DNA of 64,000 nucleotides from an uncultured Pseudobdellovibrionaceae bacterium (GCA_963803705.1 CAWDNU010000004.1:608001-672000), one strand, 5' to 3'; numbered from the stretch's first letter, positions 21,906-32,774 are shown. A program made the numbers and translations. Notes: generated by a model not told the origin, from the sequence alone.

Positions 21906-22667
21906 TTAATCAATAGAATCAAATTTATGGAACTTAGTCATAAATCGATTCCAACGTATAGTTCTTGGATCACAAAATTGAGTGGTGACATTCTTCTTCG
22001 CACAACTAAATAAAATAAGCTGCACAGGGCCTACTAGATCGTTCACATCAACAAAGCCCCAGCTGCGACTATCACTTGAGGCACTGCGGTGATCGCCCAT
22101 AAAAAAAAGTTTTTCCTTAGGAACATTAAACACTTTTTCTTTTTGATCAACTTGATCATCCATAGGAGCATACATTAAAGTAATTGATTCCTGTTCCATA
22201 TCTGAAACCTTAGAATAACGTTCTTTAAACGCAATCACACCAATAGACTCTTCATAAGGAAAGTCTTCCTTCAAATAGTTCCAGGTTAATGGCACTGGCC
22301 TTGTAGCGACAGGCTGGCCATTAATTTCCAGAACTTGATGGCCTTTAATTTTTATAGAGTCCCCAGGCAAACCCATAAGGCGTTTCACAAAGTACACTTG
22401 GCTTTTTTTTGACCAAAACACCACGGCCATTCCTCTTTTCGGGATCTTTGGACCGAGAAGCCAAGTTTTTGAATAAGGCACCCTTATACCAGAGGCCAAC
22501 TTGTTAACTAAAATATAATCATTGATCATTAAGTTGGGAAACATACTGCCAGAAGGAACAGTAAATGGTTCAAAAAAAAACCACCTTACTGACATCAGAG
22601 CCAGAATTAAACCCACAAATTGCAAACAGACAGAACTTAATTTGGGGCGAAGCTCGTTGTTAGACAT
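21906..22667 (-). CDS. lepB: Signal peptidase I (second copy)
   Basis: PSGSM, FVKRLMGLPGD, MGDHRSASSDSR. Confidence 0.92.
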   Translation of the reverse strand: MSNNELRPKLSSVCLQFVGLILALMSVRWFFFEPFTVPSGSMFPNLMINDYILVNKLASGIRVPYSKTWLLGPKIPKRGMAVVFWSKKSQVYFVKRLMGLPGDSIKIKGHQVLEINGQPVATRPVPLTWNYLKEDFPYEESIGVIAFKERYSKVSDMEQESITLMYAPMDDQVDQKEKVFNVPKEKLFFMGDHRSASSDSRSWGFVDVNDLVGPVQLILFSCAKKNVTTQFCDPRTIRWNRFMTKFHKFDSID

Positions 22668-22682
22668 GTCGAACAGCCCTGA

Positions 22683-23447
22683 TCAATGTACCGAATGAAA
22701 AAATCTATTGAAACGAATTGTTGTTGGTTTGCAAAGTGGAACTATGCTGTAAGTTTTCTCACATGACAGCCATACAAACATCGCTTTACCAACAAAATTT
22801 TCAAAAGGAATAAATCTAAATTCAGGCTTCATCAGTCGACTGTCTTTCGAGTGGTACCTATTGTCGCCCATAACAAAATAGTGTCCTTCGGGTACTTGAT
22901 AAGGACCATATTCTTTTTCAAACTCATACTTAGGCAAAAGAACGCTGTAATGATATTTGTTAAGTGTCTCTTCCCAATGAACGTACATAGACAAAGCTTC
23001 CGGGCCTCTGAACTCAAAATCATCAGCACGCAGCCATTCCCAATCTTTTTTGTTTTCATCTGGTACCGATTTCTCGACTAAATTGTCATTGATATATAAA
23101 TTACCTTTTTCATAAAAAATTTTGTCCCCAGGTAACCCGATAACTCGCTTGATGTAGAAGACCTCGTCTTCAGGGTTTCTAAAAACAGCAACTTCACCCC
23201 GATTAGGTCCGCTAAATCTAATCATCCATTTTTTACTGAAAGGGAAGCGGACACCATAGGCCATCTTATTCACAAAAATATGGTCGTGCTTTAGTAAAGT
23301 GGGTAGCATACTGCCAGAAGGAATAACAAAGGCTTCAAGAATCAGCCACCTAATTGTAAGTGCAACCATTATTGCCAAAAATAATGAACCGTGTCCATCT
23401 GTCCAAAATTTTCTGTCTGACAAATTTTTCTTAACTGTAGCTATCAT
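22683..23447 (-). CDS. lepB: Signal peptidase I
   Basis: IPSGSMLPTL, YIKRVIGLPGD, MGDNRYHSKDSR. Confidence 0.95.
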   Translation of the reverse strand: MIATVKKNLSDRKFWTDGHGSLFLAIMVALTIRWLILEAFVIPSGSMLPTLLKHDHIFVNKMAYGVRFPFSKKWMIRFSGPNRGEVAVFRNPEDEVFYIKRVIGLPGDKIFYEKGNLYINDNLVEKSVPDENKKDWEWLRADDFEFRGPEALSMYVHWEETLNKYHYSVLLPKYEFEKEYGPYQVPEGHYFVMGDNRYHSKDSRLMKPEFRFIPFENFVGKAMFVWLSCEKTYSIVPLCKPTTIRFNRFFHSVH

Positions 23448-23481
23448 TAATTATCCCCGCGCTGCATTTTAGTGTTTTAGA

Positions 23482-25299
23482 TTAACTGTCAGACTTTAGA
23501 ACGGCAAGGAATGCTTTTTGAGGAATTTCTACTTTGCCAATTTGTTTCATCCGCTTTTTGCCTTCTTTTTGCTTTTCTAGAAGTTTTCTTTTCCTAGAAA
23601 TATCACCGCCGTAGCATTTGGCAGTAACGTCTTTTCTTAAAGCTCCGATGGTTTCACGGGCAATAATCTTAGCACCAATCGCAGCCTGAATATTAACTTG
23701 GTATTGCTGCCTAGGAATTATCTCTTTTAATTTTTTAGTCAGATCTCTACCTCTAAATAATGATTTGGATCTGTGAACGATCATAGATAAGGCATCGACT
23801 GGATCAGAGTTGATTAAAACATCCATTTTGACTAGATCTGAAACATCGTAACCATTCAGCTCGTACTCCATCGAGGCATAACCTTTCGTCAAGGATTTTA
23901 ATCGATCGTAAAAATCAAAAACCATCTCATTTAAAGGAAGCCTATATTGAATAACAACTTTTTCAGCCAATATATAATCCATTTTTTTTTGAACTCCACG
24001 CTTATCTTCGCACAGCTTAATTATGGCACCCAGATATTCTGAAGGTGTGTGTACGTCCAACAAAACACAAGGTTCATAAATTGAATCAATTAGGGTAGGG
24101 TCCGGTAGGTTGGAAGGGTTTTCTATTTCGAACTCTTCGCCCTTAACAGTTTTTACTTTATAAACAACTGAAGGAGATGTAGTGATTAGATCTAAATCAA
24201 ATTCTCGCTCTAACCTTTCTTGCACGATTTCCATGTGAAGTAATCCTAGAAAACCGCACCTATATCCAAACCCCAAGGCCAACGAATTCTCGGGCTCAAA
24301 AGTCAACGAAGAGTCATTTAAGCATAATTTGTTTAACGCCTCTTCTAACTCTTTAAAATCAGACGAATCTACTGGAAAGATGCCAGAAAAAACCATAGGT
24401 TTAACTTTCTTAAAACCTGCGAGCGGTATAGTTGCACCTTTTTTTGCGTGGGTTATTGTGTCCCCAACTTGAACTTGCCTTAGCTCTTTTATTCCGCAAA
24501 TGATAAAACCTACTTCACCTGATTCAAGTTGTTTAAGCTCTTTAGGGTGTGGAGTAAATGCCCCTAGCTTTATAACCTCGTGCTCAACGCCTCCGGCCAT
24601 TAACCGAATTCGATCTCTAAGTTTTAGAACACCTTCTTTAAGTCGCACTAGAACCACGACCCCTTGATAACTATCGAACCATGAGTCAAAAATAAGCGCT
24701 CTTAAAGGCTCATCGTTTTTTTGGTCTGGAGGAGGAATTTTTACTATTACCGCTTCCAAGATCTCTTCTATGCCAATCTTACCTTTTGCACTTGCCAATA
24801 TAGCTTCAGACGCGTCTAGCCCAATTACGTCTTCAATTTGCTGTCTCACTTTTTCAGGCTCTGCGGCAGGTAAATCTATTTTATTTAAAACAGGTATGAT
24901 CTCTAAGTTGTTATCAAGTGCCAAATAGACATTTGCAAGGGTTTGCGCTTGCACTCCTTGTGCAGCATCTACAACTAATAAGGCCCCTTCGCAGGCAGCC
25001 AAAGACCTTGAAACTTCGTAACTAAAGTCAACATGTCCGGGTGTGTCGATCAGATTGAATTGATATGTTTTCCCGTCTTTGGCTTTGTAGTTTATCCGAA
25101 CGGTTTGAGCTTTAATGGTAATGCCGCGTTCGCGCTCTATATCCATACTATCGAGATACTGATCTTTATTTTTCATCTCTCTATCTGAAAGAGCACCACT
25201 GAATTTTAGAATTCCATCTGCTAGCGTACTTTTACCGTGATCAATATGAGCAATGATTGAAAAATTTCGTATCAATTCGTTTTTGGTTTCGCTCATCAA
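23482..25299 (-). CDS. lepA: Elongation factor 4
   Basis: [32 protein letters not shown]. Confidence 0.98.
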   Translation of the reverse strand: MMSETKNELIRNFSIIAHIDHGKSTLADGILKFSGALSDREMKNKDQYLDSMDIERERGITIKAQTVRINYKAKDGKTYQFNLIDTPGHVDFSYEVSRSLAACEGALLVVDAAQGVQAQTLANVYLALDNNLEIIPVLNKIDLPAAEPEKVRQQIEDVIGLDASEAILASAKGKIGIEEILEAVIVKIPPPDQKNDEPLRALIFDSWFDSYQGVVVLVRLKEGVLKLRDRIRLMAGGVEHEVIKLGAFTPHPKELKQLESGEVGFIICGIKELRQVQVGDTITHAKKGATIPLAGFKKVKPMVFSGIFPVDSSDFKELEEALNKLCLNDSSLTFEPENSLALGFGYRCGFLGLLHMEIVQERLEREFDLDLITTSPSVVYKVKTVKGEEFEIENPSNLPDPTLIDSIYEPCVLLDVHTPSEYLGAIIKLCEDKRGVQKKMDYILAEKVVIQYRLPLNEMVFDFYDRLKSLTKGYASMEYELNGYDVSDLVKMDVLINSDPVDALSMIVHRSKSLFRGRDLTKKLKEIIPRQQYQVNIQAAIGAKIIARETIGALRKDVTAKCYGGDISRKRKLLEKQKEGKKRMKQIGKVEIPQKAFLAVLKSDS

Positions 25300-25332
25300 T
25301 GGTCTCGTATCTGAATTAAAGTATTTGATAAA

Positions 25333-26490
25333 TTAAAGGCATATTTCTTTAAGGCGATCCACTTGGTTTGTTAATTCCCAGGTAAAACCTTGGTCCTCAC
25401 GACCAAAATGTCCATATGCAGCCGTTTTACTATATATTGGTCTTTTTAAGCCGAAGGCCTCTATAATTCCAGAGGGCTTTAAGTTCCAAAGCTCTTTAAC
25501 AGCTTTCTCAATCTTCATAACATCGACTTTGGCTGTTCCATAGTCTTCAACCATAATGCTTGTTGGCTCGGCGATGCCGATAGCGTAAGAAAGCTGCACC
25601 AAAATTTTTTCGGCAAGTCCTGCCTTCACTATATTTTTAGCTATATGGCGTGCCGCATAAGCAGCAGAGCGATCTACTTTTGTAGCGTCCTTACCAGAAA
25701 ATGCACCGCCACCATGAGCACCGTGCCCCCCGTAAGTATCCACAATAATTTTTCGTCCAGTTAACCCGCAGTCACCCTGGGGCCCGCCGACGACAAACCG
25801 TCCAGTGGGGTTGATAAAAAATTTAGTTTTTGCGTCGATATATTTAGCAGGAATGACTTTAGGTATTAGTTGTTCTCGAACGTAACCTTGGATATCGCCA
25901 TTTGAGGCAGTCTCGGAATGCTGAGTTGAAATTACCACTGCGTCAACTCGCTTAACCTCACGCCCACGATATTCAACTGTAATCTGACTTTTGCTGTCAG
26001 GCTTTAAAAAATTAATGGCACCAGATTTTCTATCTTTTGACATCTCTAGCAAAAGTTTGTGAGAGAGAGTCAAAGACAAGGGCATAAGTTCATCGGTTTC
26101 GTTTACGGCGTAACCAAACATCAACCCTTGATCCCCTGCCCCCATTTCTTTTACGGAAGAAGAGTCTACACCCATGGCAATATCGGGACTTTGGCGGTCA
26201 ATCGAATTCAGTACAGAGCAAGTCTTATAATCAAACCCAGCTTCACTTGAATCATACCCAATTTCTTTAATCGTACTACGAGCCACTTCAGGGAAATCAA
26301 CGTAGGCCTTAGTCGAAATTTCCCCAGCAATCATCACAAGGCCAGTTGTCACTAAAGTTTCGCAAGCCACCCGGCTTTCCGGGTCTTGGGCCAAAATAGC
26401 ATCTAGTATTGCATCACTCACTTGATCACTAACTTTATCAGGATGTCCTTCGGAAACTGACTCGCTGGTAAAAAGAAACTGTCTTGACAT
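25333..26490 (-). CDS. metK: S-adenosylmethionine synthetase
   Basis: [27 protein letters not shown]. Confidence 0.98.
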   Translation of the reverse strand: MSRQFLFTSESVSEGHPDKVSDQVSDAILDAILAQDPESRVACETLVTTGLVMIAGEISTKAYVDFPEVARSTIKEIGYDSSEAGFDYKTCSVLNSIDRQSPDIAMGVDSSSVKEMGAGDQGLMFGYAVNETDELMPLSLTLSHKLLLEMSKDRKSGAINFLKPDSKSQITVEYRGREVKRVDAVVISTQHSETASNGDIQGYVREQLIPKVIPAKYIDAKTKFFINPTGRFVVGGPQGDCGLTGRKIIVDTYGGHGAHGGGAFSGKDATKVDRSAAYAARHIAKNIVKAGLAEKILVQLSYAIGIAEPTSIMVEDYGTAKVDVMKIEKAVKELWNLKPSGIIEAFGLKRPIYSKTAAYGHFGREDQGFTWELTNQVDRLKEICL

Positions 26491-26571
26491 AACCTATCCC
26501 CCCCAAAAGTTTTTGGAATCTACCGGTTAGTAGTACCAAAGACTTATCTGGGTGGCAATTCGAAGCTGGTA

Positions 26572-26931
26572 TTAAGCGGCTTTTCGCCTTAATGTGCCCA
26601 TGGCTTGAAGGTTCGCCTTTTGACTTTTTAGACGCCTCATCTTGCTTGATTTAGTTTTTGTTTTTTTCTTTTCGATTTGCTTAGTGACCTTTTCGAAAGT
26701 GCTGTCTATTGCATCAAAATAGTCATCTGTTCTAGCCTTCGCTGTAAAGGTGTCGCCGTCGCTTTCAACTAGAACATTAACTGTTCGTTCATGCCTGTCA
26801 TCCATAAATGTGACCGAAATTTGGAAGGGATGATTGCTCTCATATTTTTTCAATTTAAGAGCTTTTTTTGCGGCATATTCGACTAAATAATTTGACCAAT
26901 TTCTTCTACGAAATGTGTACTTAACTTTCAT
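26572..26931 (-). CDS. hpf: Ribosome hibernation factor HPF/RaiA-like, with basic tail
   Basis: MKVKYTFR start after GGAGGG; DYFDAIDSTFEKVTKQIEKKK; downstream of rpoN. Confidence 0.7.
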   Translation of the reverse strand: MKVKYTFRRRNWSNYLVEYAAKKALKLKKYESNHPFQISVTFMDDRHERTVNVLVESDGDTFTAKARTDDYFDAIDSTFEKVTKQIEKKKTKTKSSKMRRLKSQKANLQAMGTLRRKAA

Positions 26932-26956
26932 AAACTTCCCTCCAAAGATATATAAA

Positions 26957-26984
26957 CACATCGGAGTGGGGCCTAGTGACTTAA
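26957..26984 (-). promoter_or_regulatory. sigma28 (FliA)-type promoter for hpf
   Basis: TTAAG-N15-CCGATGTG. Confidence 0.6.
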
Positions 26985-27258
26985 GTAAAAAAAACCTTAG
27001 AGTTTTTTTTCAAAAATGACAAAAATTTCGTTTTTTTTTCTTACTTTTCCGTAAACATCGACAGATACATTCTCAAAGGTGTTTACTTCGATTTAAAAAA
27101 AATTTTGAACAGTCAGGTACAACACTTTATTTAAAGTTCAGCGAATTCTTTAGAAGAGTCTCCTATTTTGAACCACTTGGATTTTAAAAAAAAATTGTTA
27201 AGTTAAAATTATTTTTTATGGGTTAGGCAAATATGGTTTTAAATCTCAATCTAGAGCA

Positions 27259-28422
27259 CTATATGGCTAAATAATCGAAACACATTGGGTTACTTGATTT
27301 TAAGTAGCCAGCGTTGGTAGAGAACTGTGATTCATTTAAGTCGGCCAAGCTGATCCTTCCACGTCTATGGGTCCAGGAAAGTTTATTTTTTATATTTAAC
27401 ACTACTTGTGAGGCCTTGCTTGAAGTTACAACCAGGGCTACCAACCCAGCAACACCGTGAGCAGCTAGTGCTAAATAACCTTCACTTACTCCCATGGCGA
27501 TTGAAGAATGCATGATAGTCATAGCGAAACTTTCAGCCCAATTTAAACGAGTTAACTTACGGGTAGTAATACGACCCTCTAGGAACCATTTTCTAAAAGT
27601 TGTGTCCCAAATACCAGTAGTTGCAACGCCCAAGGTTGAATTTGCTAGCATCAACCCTATTAGGTCACCATTAAACATTTGCGAAAGGTCTGACCAGTTT
27701 AAAATGCTTTGTACAGCTAAATTGTAAACTAGAAAGAAAGCAAAATTAGCGCTCATATTTGCTACAATTGGACTGTTATTTTCTAGATGTATATTTCGAT
27801 ATCGCCTGACTTTTTCAACTAGGTTTTCAGCATGTCTTAAATAGCTTTGCCAGTTGTTCACATTAACAATTAAGTAAGCGTAAAGCAGCGAGTTAAGGGC
27901 TACCAAAAATGATTTTTGACCTATAGTAGCGTTGTTAGCAAATACGAACCAATTGATCGCTGCAGTGCCTGTAAAAACGGTTAAGACCACCAAAGCCATT
28001 TTATCTGATATGTAGTAAGAGGCATGATTAGTAAAATGCTTTTGCAGTTGCTTTTTAGGATACTGTAGGTAGTTCATCCCAGGCTTTAATGTGTTCGTCC
28101 ATTCGGACTGGATCTCTGCAGCTCTGTTGGGGTTCACCAGAGTGAGTACTTCGATAGTTTTTGAGGGATCTAATTTAGTTTCAGCACTTCGGGTTTTATT
28201 TAGATACTCTTGTTCACTTTCGTAAATTTCAACTGAAACCTCAGCGGACCCAAGGGATGCTAAATTGTCATTATCTAGGCTTGAAGTATCGGGGTTAGCC
28301 ATTACTATCTGAGAGATAAAAAAGGAAAGCGTCCATAAAATTAAAATGTGGATAAAACTTAGCCTCGAAAAAGGATTGGAATTTATTCTGTTTAGAATTT
28401 TATCATCCATATTCACGTCCAA
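27259..28422 (-). CDS. Hypothetical membrane or exported protein
   Basis: 387 aa ORF with a signal-like N-terminus and several hydrophobic helices. Confidence 0.75.
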   Translation of the reverse strand: MDVNMDDKILNRINSNPFSRLSFIHILILWTLSFFISQIVMANPDTSSLDNDNLASLGSAEVSVEIYESEQEYLNKTRSAETKLDPSKTIEVLTLVNPNRAAEIQSEWTNTLKPGMNYLQYPKKQLQKHFTNHASYYISDKMALVVLTVFTGTAAINWFVFANNATIGQKSFLVALNSLLYAYLIVNVNNWQSYLRHAENLVEKVRRYRNIHLENNSPIVANMSANFAFFLVYNLAVQSILNWSDLSQMFNGDLIGLMLANSTLGVATTGIWDTTFRKWFLEGRITTRKLTRLNWAESFAMTIMHSSIAMGVSEGYLALAAHGVAGLVALVVTSSKASQVVLNIKNKLSWTHRRGRISLADLNESQFSTNAGYLKSSNPMCFDYLAI

Positions 28423-28463
28423 CTAGCAGGCGAATGGGTTTGAGGACCTGCTACCCCGGTTAT

Positions 28464-28551
28464 CCACATTCAGTGCCAGTTCTGGAAAAGAAAAAAGATG
28501 AGATATATCAATATCTTACATGACGACAAAAAATGTCACGATGACATTTTT
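28464..28551 (-). promoter_or_regulatory. Candidate sigma54 promoter architecture (UAS palindrome, IHF site, -24 box)
   Basis: AAAAATGTCA-cga-TGACATTTTT at 28529-28551; TATCAA-TATC-TTA at 28506-28518 fits WATCAANNNNTTR; TGGCAC at 28478-28473 with a degenerate -12 (GTGG). Confidence 0.5.
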
Positions 28552-28654
28552 GCTACCTGAGTGCCGTGAATTGTCGGTTGTATACCCCTCTGCCGGCTCT
28601 AAACCTTCAGGACATCGTCCAGTCGAAGGGAGCATTTATTCGAAAAATTCATCG

Positions 28655-29165
28655 TTACATCATTAACGCTGGTTCACACTCTGAAAGGTCCGTGCTGTTA
28701 GTAGTGTATAATTCTGCACTTTGGAATTCCGAGTAAAAGCAATGAATCATCGTCTCTGACAGCCCTGCTCGCTCTAAAGAGTTTTTCAGGCTGCAAGAGG
28801 CAGTGACCACCATCTGTGTTAACTCTGGTAAGATTTTCGACCCATAGTAGGTTTGGCCATCATAAATATATCGTTTAGATGGATTATCACTATCTCTGAG
28901 TAATCCAGATTGCACTCCTGCTCTACTTCTAAATTCTTCAGGGGTGATTGCAAAGGAGTCTGCAGTTTTACAAACGACTTTGTGTTTAATTTTGATTAAT
29001 TTACGAATTTCGTTTGGCTCATCTATTTTCTTGATTGGTTCTTTTAATTTAATCTTAGGCCGATAAGCCTTAGGTGGACTTTTGTGGTCTTGCGCTGCAT
29101 TTGAATCTGCTACCTCTGAATCGGCGATAGCAAAGTTGGATAAAGTGAGAATGGCTAATTTTCAC
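28655..29165 (-). pseudogene. Exported hypothetical protein with one extra base just after the GTG start
   Basis: The frame of the 86-aa ORF stays open upstream to KLAILTLSNFAIADSEV; GTG AAAA TTA start is 1 nt out of frame (511 nt total). Confidence 0.6.
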
Positions 29166-29201
29166 ACTGCGGGGGAACACCCTTTGCATCAAAATGCTAC
29201 A

Positions 29202-29417
29202 GTTTAAAACCCAATAAGCATTTCAAATCTACTATATAACTTATAATTGAGCTCGTTGGCGCGAAGCTTTGCTAAAATAATATGTATTATAAATTCGAAG
29301 ATTTTGATCCAACAAAAAATGTAATAAATAACCATGCGCTTTTTGCAAAGCAAGTGACAAGGCCTGCCTCAATTATAAGTTATATAGTAGATTTGAAATG
29401 CTTATTGGGTTTTAAAC
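29202..29417. repeat. 216-bp palindromic element with perfect 50-bp arms
   Basis: 29202-29251 is the exact reverse complement of 29368-29417; inner GCTTTGCTAAAA/TTTTGCAAAGC also pairs. Confidence 0.92.
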
Positions 29418-29551
29418 GGTTTTTTCTTAATTTTTATAATCAAGAATTATATCAAAAACAGTAAATTGCGATGAGCCTCTAAAAATACCAATTCTAGTAA
29501 TTAATTCTAGGCATTAGCGTTCCCTTGTTGCCCCAATAACCTTGCTTAGAT

Positions 29552-30982
29552 TCAGAAAAACTTTTTACGCTGACTAGAAGGTAATATCCCAAGTACATCT
29601 CGGTACTTGGCAACTGTTCGCCTAGCTATTTGGAGTCCTTCTTTTTTTAACAAATCCACTATCTTTTGGTCGGATAGTGGTTTTTTGGTATTTTCTTGAG
29701 CCACCAGTGCTTTAATTTTTAGTTTAACGGACTCGGAAGCTAGTGATTCTCCGCCGTCAGATCTAGAAATTCCTGAGTTGAAAAAATATTTCAGTTCAAA
29801 AACACCCAGCGGTGTATGAACGTATTTATTCGTAGTCACACGACTTACAGTGGATTCATGCATTTCAATGTCATTTGCGATATCTTTTAAAATCATAGGA
29901 CGAATGAAAGCAGAACCTTTTTCAAAAAATTCTTGCTGGTGTTTAATAATACTTTCTGTCACTTTGTAAATTGTTTTTTGCCTTTGCTGTATAGACTTAA
30001 TTAACCAAACTGCTGAACGAAGTTTTTCTTGCAAATACTCTTTTGTTTCCTTGCTTCCACCGGGCCCTTGATTCTTAACTAAATCTTTGTACAAATTCGA
30101 AATTTTTAATTTTGGAATTCCATCTTCGTTAAGAGCAACAACATACTCTTCACCCACTTTATAAATATAAACATCAGGCGTTACATAGTGTGTGTCCTCT
30201 GACTGAAAAGCACGACCCGGCTTTGGATCAAACGAAAGGATGATCTTACAAATTTCGATCACTTCTTCAATTTTTAGATTCATTTCTTTTGCGATCTCTT
30301 CGTAGTTCTTTTTTTCAAGATCTTTCAGATGATGCTCTATAACGTGCAAGACATCTTTTGTAGCTTCTTCAAAATGTTCAGCTTGCAAACGTAGGCATTC
30401 TTTTAAGTCGCGACTTCCAACACCCGGGGGATCAAATTCATGCAAAAATGGCAAGATCTCTTCCAGGTCAACTAAAGGAATCTCTTCCTCCTTTGCAATC
30501 TGATCAAGTGGGACTTTGATGTAACCATTGTCGTCAATGTGAGTGATCAGTAAAGATATGTGCTCCATCTCTTCTTCGTTAAAACCACTAAGGCTTGCTT
30601 GCCAGTGCAAGTGATCTTTTAAAGTTTGGGCCTTAGAGATGAAATTGTCGTAATTGATGTCTTCAGGTATGGAAGACGTCGCAGATAAGCCTTTGTACTG
30701 AAGATCAGAATAATCCTCCCAATCAGCTTCTTCTTGAGAACGCGGATCTTGATCTTCATTCTGTTTGTCTTTTTCTTGTGAGACAGAAGATAACTCGGCA
30801 CTTGGATCGTCTTCGACAGTGTCTGCAAATTCTTCTAATAATGGATTCTCATTGATTTCTTTTCGGATCTCGGCTTCAAGCTCCATCCTCGAAAGCTGAA
30901 GCATTTTGATAGCCTGTTGAAGTTGAGGCGTCATTCGCAAATTTTGAGATAATTTTAGGCTTGTCTTTAACTGCATCGACAT
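29552..30982 (-). CDS. rpoN: RNA polymerase sigma-54 factor
   Basis: MTPQLQQAIKML, HESTVSRV, RpoN box ARRTVAKYR. Confidence 0.98.
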   Translation of the reverse strand: MSMQLKTSLKLSQNLRMTPQLQQAIKMLQLSRMELEAEIRKEINENPLLEEFADTVEDDPSAELSSVSQEKDKQNEDQDPRSQEEADWEDYSDLQYKGLSATSSIPEDINYDNFISKAQTLKDHLHWQASLSGFNEEEMEHISLLITHIDDNGYIKVPLDQIAKEEEIPLVDLEEILPFLHEFDPPGVGSRDLKECLRLQAEHFEEATKDVLHVIEHHLKDLEKKNYEEIAKEMNLKIEEVIEICKIILSFDPKPGRAFQSEDTHYVTPDVYIYKVGEEYVVALNEDGIPKLKISNLYKDLVKNQGPGGSKETKEYLQEKLRSAVWLIKSIQQRQKTIYKVTESIIKHQQEFFEKGSAFIRPMILKDIANDIEMHESTVSRVTTNKYVHTPLGVFELKYFFNSGISRSDGGESLASESVKLKIKALVAQENTKKPLSDQKIVDLLKKEGLQIARRTVAKYRDVLGILPSSQRKKFF

Positions 30983-31091
30983 GAAACACTTTCCTTTGCC
31001 CCGGTATTTACAATTCCTACCTTAAGGGCTTTATGCCCCAAGCTTTATAGTTTCCACCCTGAAGGTTTCATAGCTAAACGCCTTGAGGGCT

Positions 31092-31814
31092 TTATAATTT
31101 AAAGTTGTCACCTAAGTAAAACTCTTTGGCCAAAGCCGATTCGGTGATCTCTATAGGAGTACCTTCGACAATAACCGTGCCAGACTTTAGTAAATATGCA
31201 TATTCGCAGATCTCTAAAGTTTCTCTAACATTGTGGTCAGTAATGAAAATTCCCAAACCCTTAGACTGTAGCTTTTTGATAATTTTTTTTATCTCAGCCA
31301 CTGCCAAAGGATCAATGCCCGCAAAGGGTTCGTCCAGAAATAAAAACTTAGGCTCACCAGCTAAAGCTCTTGCAATCTCAACGCGGCGTCTCTCGCCGCC
31401 AGACAAGCTCATCCCCTGACTTTTCCGGATACTCTCAAGTCCGAAATCGGACAGTAGCTCTTGCAGCTTTAAAGCCCTTTTCTGAGCATTAAACTCTTGA
31501 ATTTCCAAAGCTACATTTATGTTCTCTTCCACAGTCATTTTTCTAAATATACTAGCTTCTTGCGGTAAATAGCTTATACCTTTTTTCGCTTTTTGAGACA
31601 ATTTATCATGAGTGATATCCTCACCATCTAAAAGAATCTGACCCTTATCAGGATCAACCACACCAAGAGTCATGTAAAAGCTTGTTGTCTTGCCTGCACC
31701 ATTAGGACCTAAAAGACCGATTATTTGCTCGCTTTCAACAGTGAATGAAGCTCCTTGAACAACTTTTTTAGATTTGTAACTCTTATGTATATTTTTTACT
31801 TCTAATTTTGCCAT
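31092..31814 (-). CDS. lptB: LPS export ABC ATPase
   Basis: GPNGAGKTT, YLPQEASIFR, LSGGERRRVEIAR, ITDHNVRETL. Confidence 0.96.
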   Translation of the reverse strand: MAKLEVKNIHKSYKSKKVVQGASFTVESEQIIGLLGPNGAGKTTSFYMTLGVVDPDKGQILLDGEDITHDKLSQKAKKGISYLPQEASIFRKMTVEENINVALEIQEFNAQKRALKLQELLSDFGLESIRKSQGMSLSGGERRRVEIARALAGEPKFLFLDEPFAGIDPLAVAEIKKIIKKLQSKGLGIFITDHNVRETLEICEYAYLLKSGTVIVEGTPIEITESALAKEFYLGDNFKL

Positions 31815-31817
31815 ATT

Positions 31818-32774
31818 CTATTCACCCTGAATTAAATTGATTTCGGATTCGGTTTTAACTTTTCCTTTCAATATCTGCACACTTCTACCTTTATTATAAA
31901 GTAGAATTTCACTACCAACTAAAGTGTTTTCCCCAGATACAAATCTAGGATTTCCTTGAAATAAAAAAACACCATCTTTTACTCTGACTTCCAACAGGTC
32001 TGCTGAAGCGGATTGATTTTTTTGAGCTGCAAAGACCTGCCCCTTAACTAGTAGGGACTCTAAATCACCTTTTTGTTTATTATATTTAAATTCTGCCTCT
32101 TCAGCGGTGATTGTCATATCACCGATTAAAATTAAAACCTGGCCTACAAACTTTACGTGTTTATCTTCAATGTCTATGCTTGCATTAAGACTTTTTATAA
32201 TTGGCTTGTCGTAATCTGGAACTACTTGCTCGCAATAAATTGGACCAGTTATATCAACACGACCGGCTTGCATGTCACCTTCAAAAGAAGTTCCTTTTAG
32301 AATTGTCGATCTTTTGGGACCCTCAATATAGATTTCTCCGTCTGAAAAAAAAGTCTCTTTCGATGCATCGTAAGTTAAACCAAATGATTTAAACTTATAA
32401 CCACTTATGGTTTCACTGACGACCTGGTCCTTTAAAATAAAATTTTTGGTTTCAGTATTCACCGTGCCATAAGAGGATAGAATAGTTACGACCTTGTAGT
32501 TATCTTTGTAAAGTAGAACTTCAGCGCCTTGAATTTTCCATTCTGCGTCCTTGGGATCACTTCTGGCACTTTTAGCGTTTAATTTCCAATCTTTCTGTCC
32601 AGATGAATTTATTTTATATTCGGTTAGCGACAGATTCTTCATAATTTGACCAAAACTTTCTTCTTGATGCTGTTGGCTGGATTTTTTATCAACTAAGTCT
32701 ACCACTAAGTCAGTTTGAAAATAGAAGTAAAAGGCTGTCGCAAATAACACGCCCAATTGAATCCAAAAACCCAT
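31818..32774 (-). CDS. lptC: LptC-like protein extended by a C-terminal LptA/OstA-like domain (probable start 32774)
   Basis: N-terminal TM, WKLNAKSA jellyroll start, C-terminal FQGNPRFVSGENTLVGSEI; upstream of lptB. Confidence 0.7.
   Translation of the reverse strand: MGFWIQLGVLFATAFYFYFQTDLVVDLVDKKSSQQHQEESFGQIMKNLSLTEYKINSSGQKDWKLNAKSARSDPKDAEWKIQGAEVLLYKDNYKVVTILSSYGTVNTETKNFILKDQVVSETISGYKFKSFGLTYDASKETFFSDGEIYIEGPKRSTILKGTSFEGDMQAGRVDITGPIYCEQVVPDYDKPIIKSLNASIDIEDKHVKFVGQVLILIGDMTITAEEAEFKYNKQKGDLESLLVKGQVFAAQKNQSASADLLEVRVKDGVFLFQGNPRFVSGENTLVGSEILLYNKGRSVQILKGKVKTESEINLIQGE

Noticed and set aside
21906..23447. Tandem lepB duplication as a novelty
   Set aside because: Both copies keep the Ser/Lys dyad, and multiple signal peptidases after lepA are unremarkable
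28347..28468. Replication origin from two DnaA-box matches
   Set aside because: Only two boxes, one inside an ORF, with no dnaA/dnaN context
29282..29464. 60-aa ORF
   Set aside because: Lies across the palindromic element, with no SD or recognisable motif
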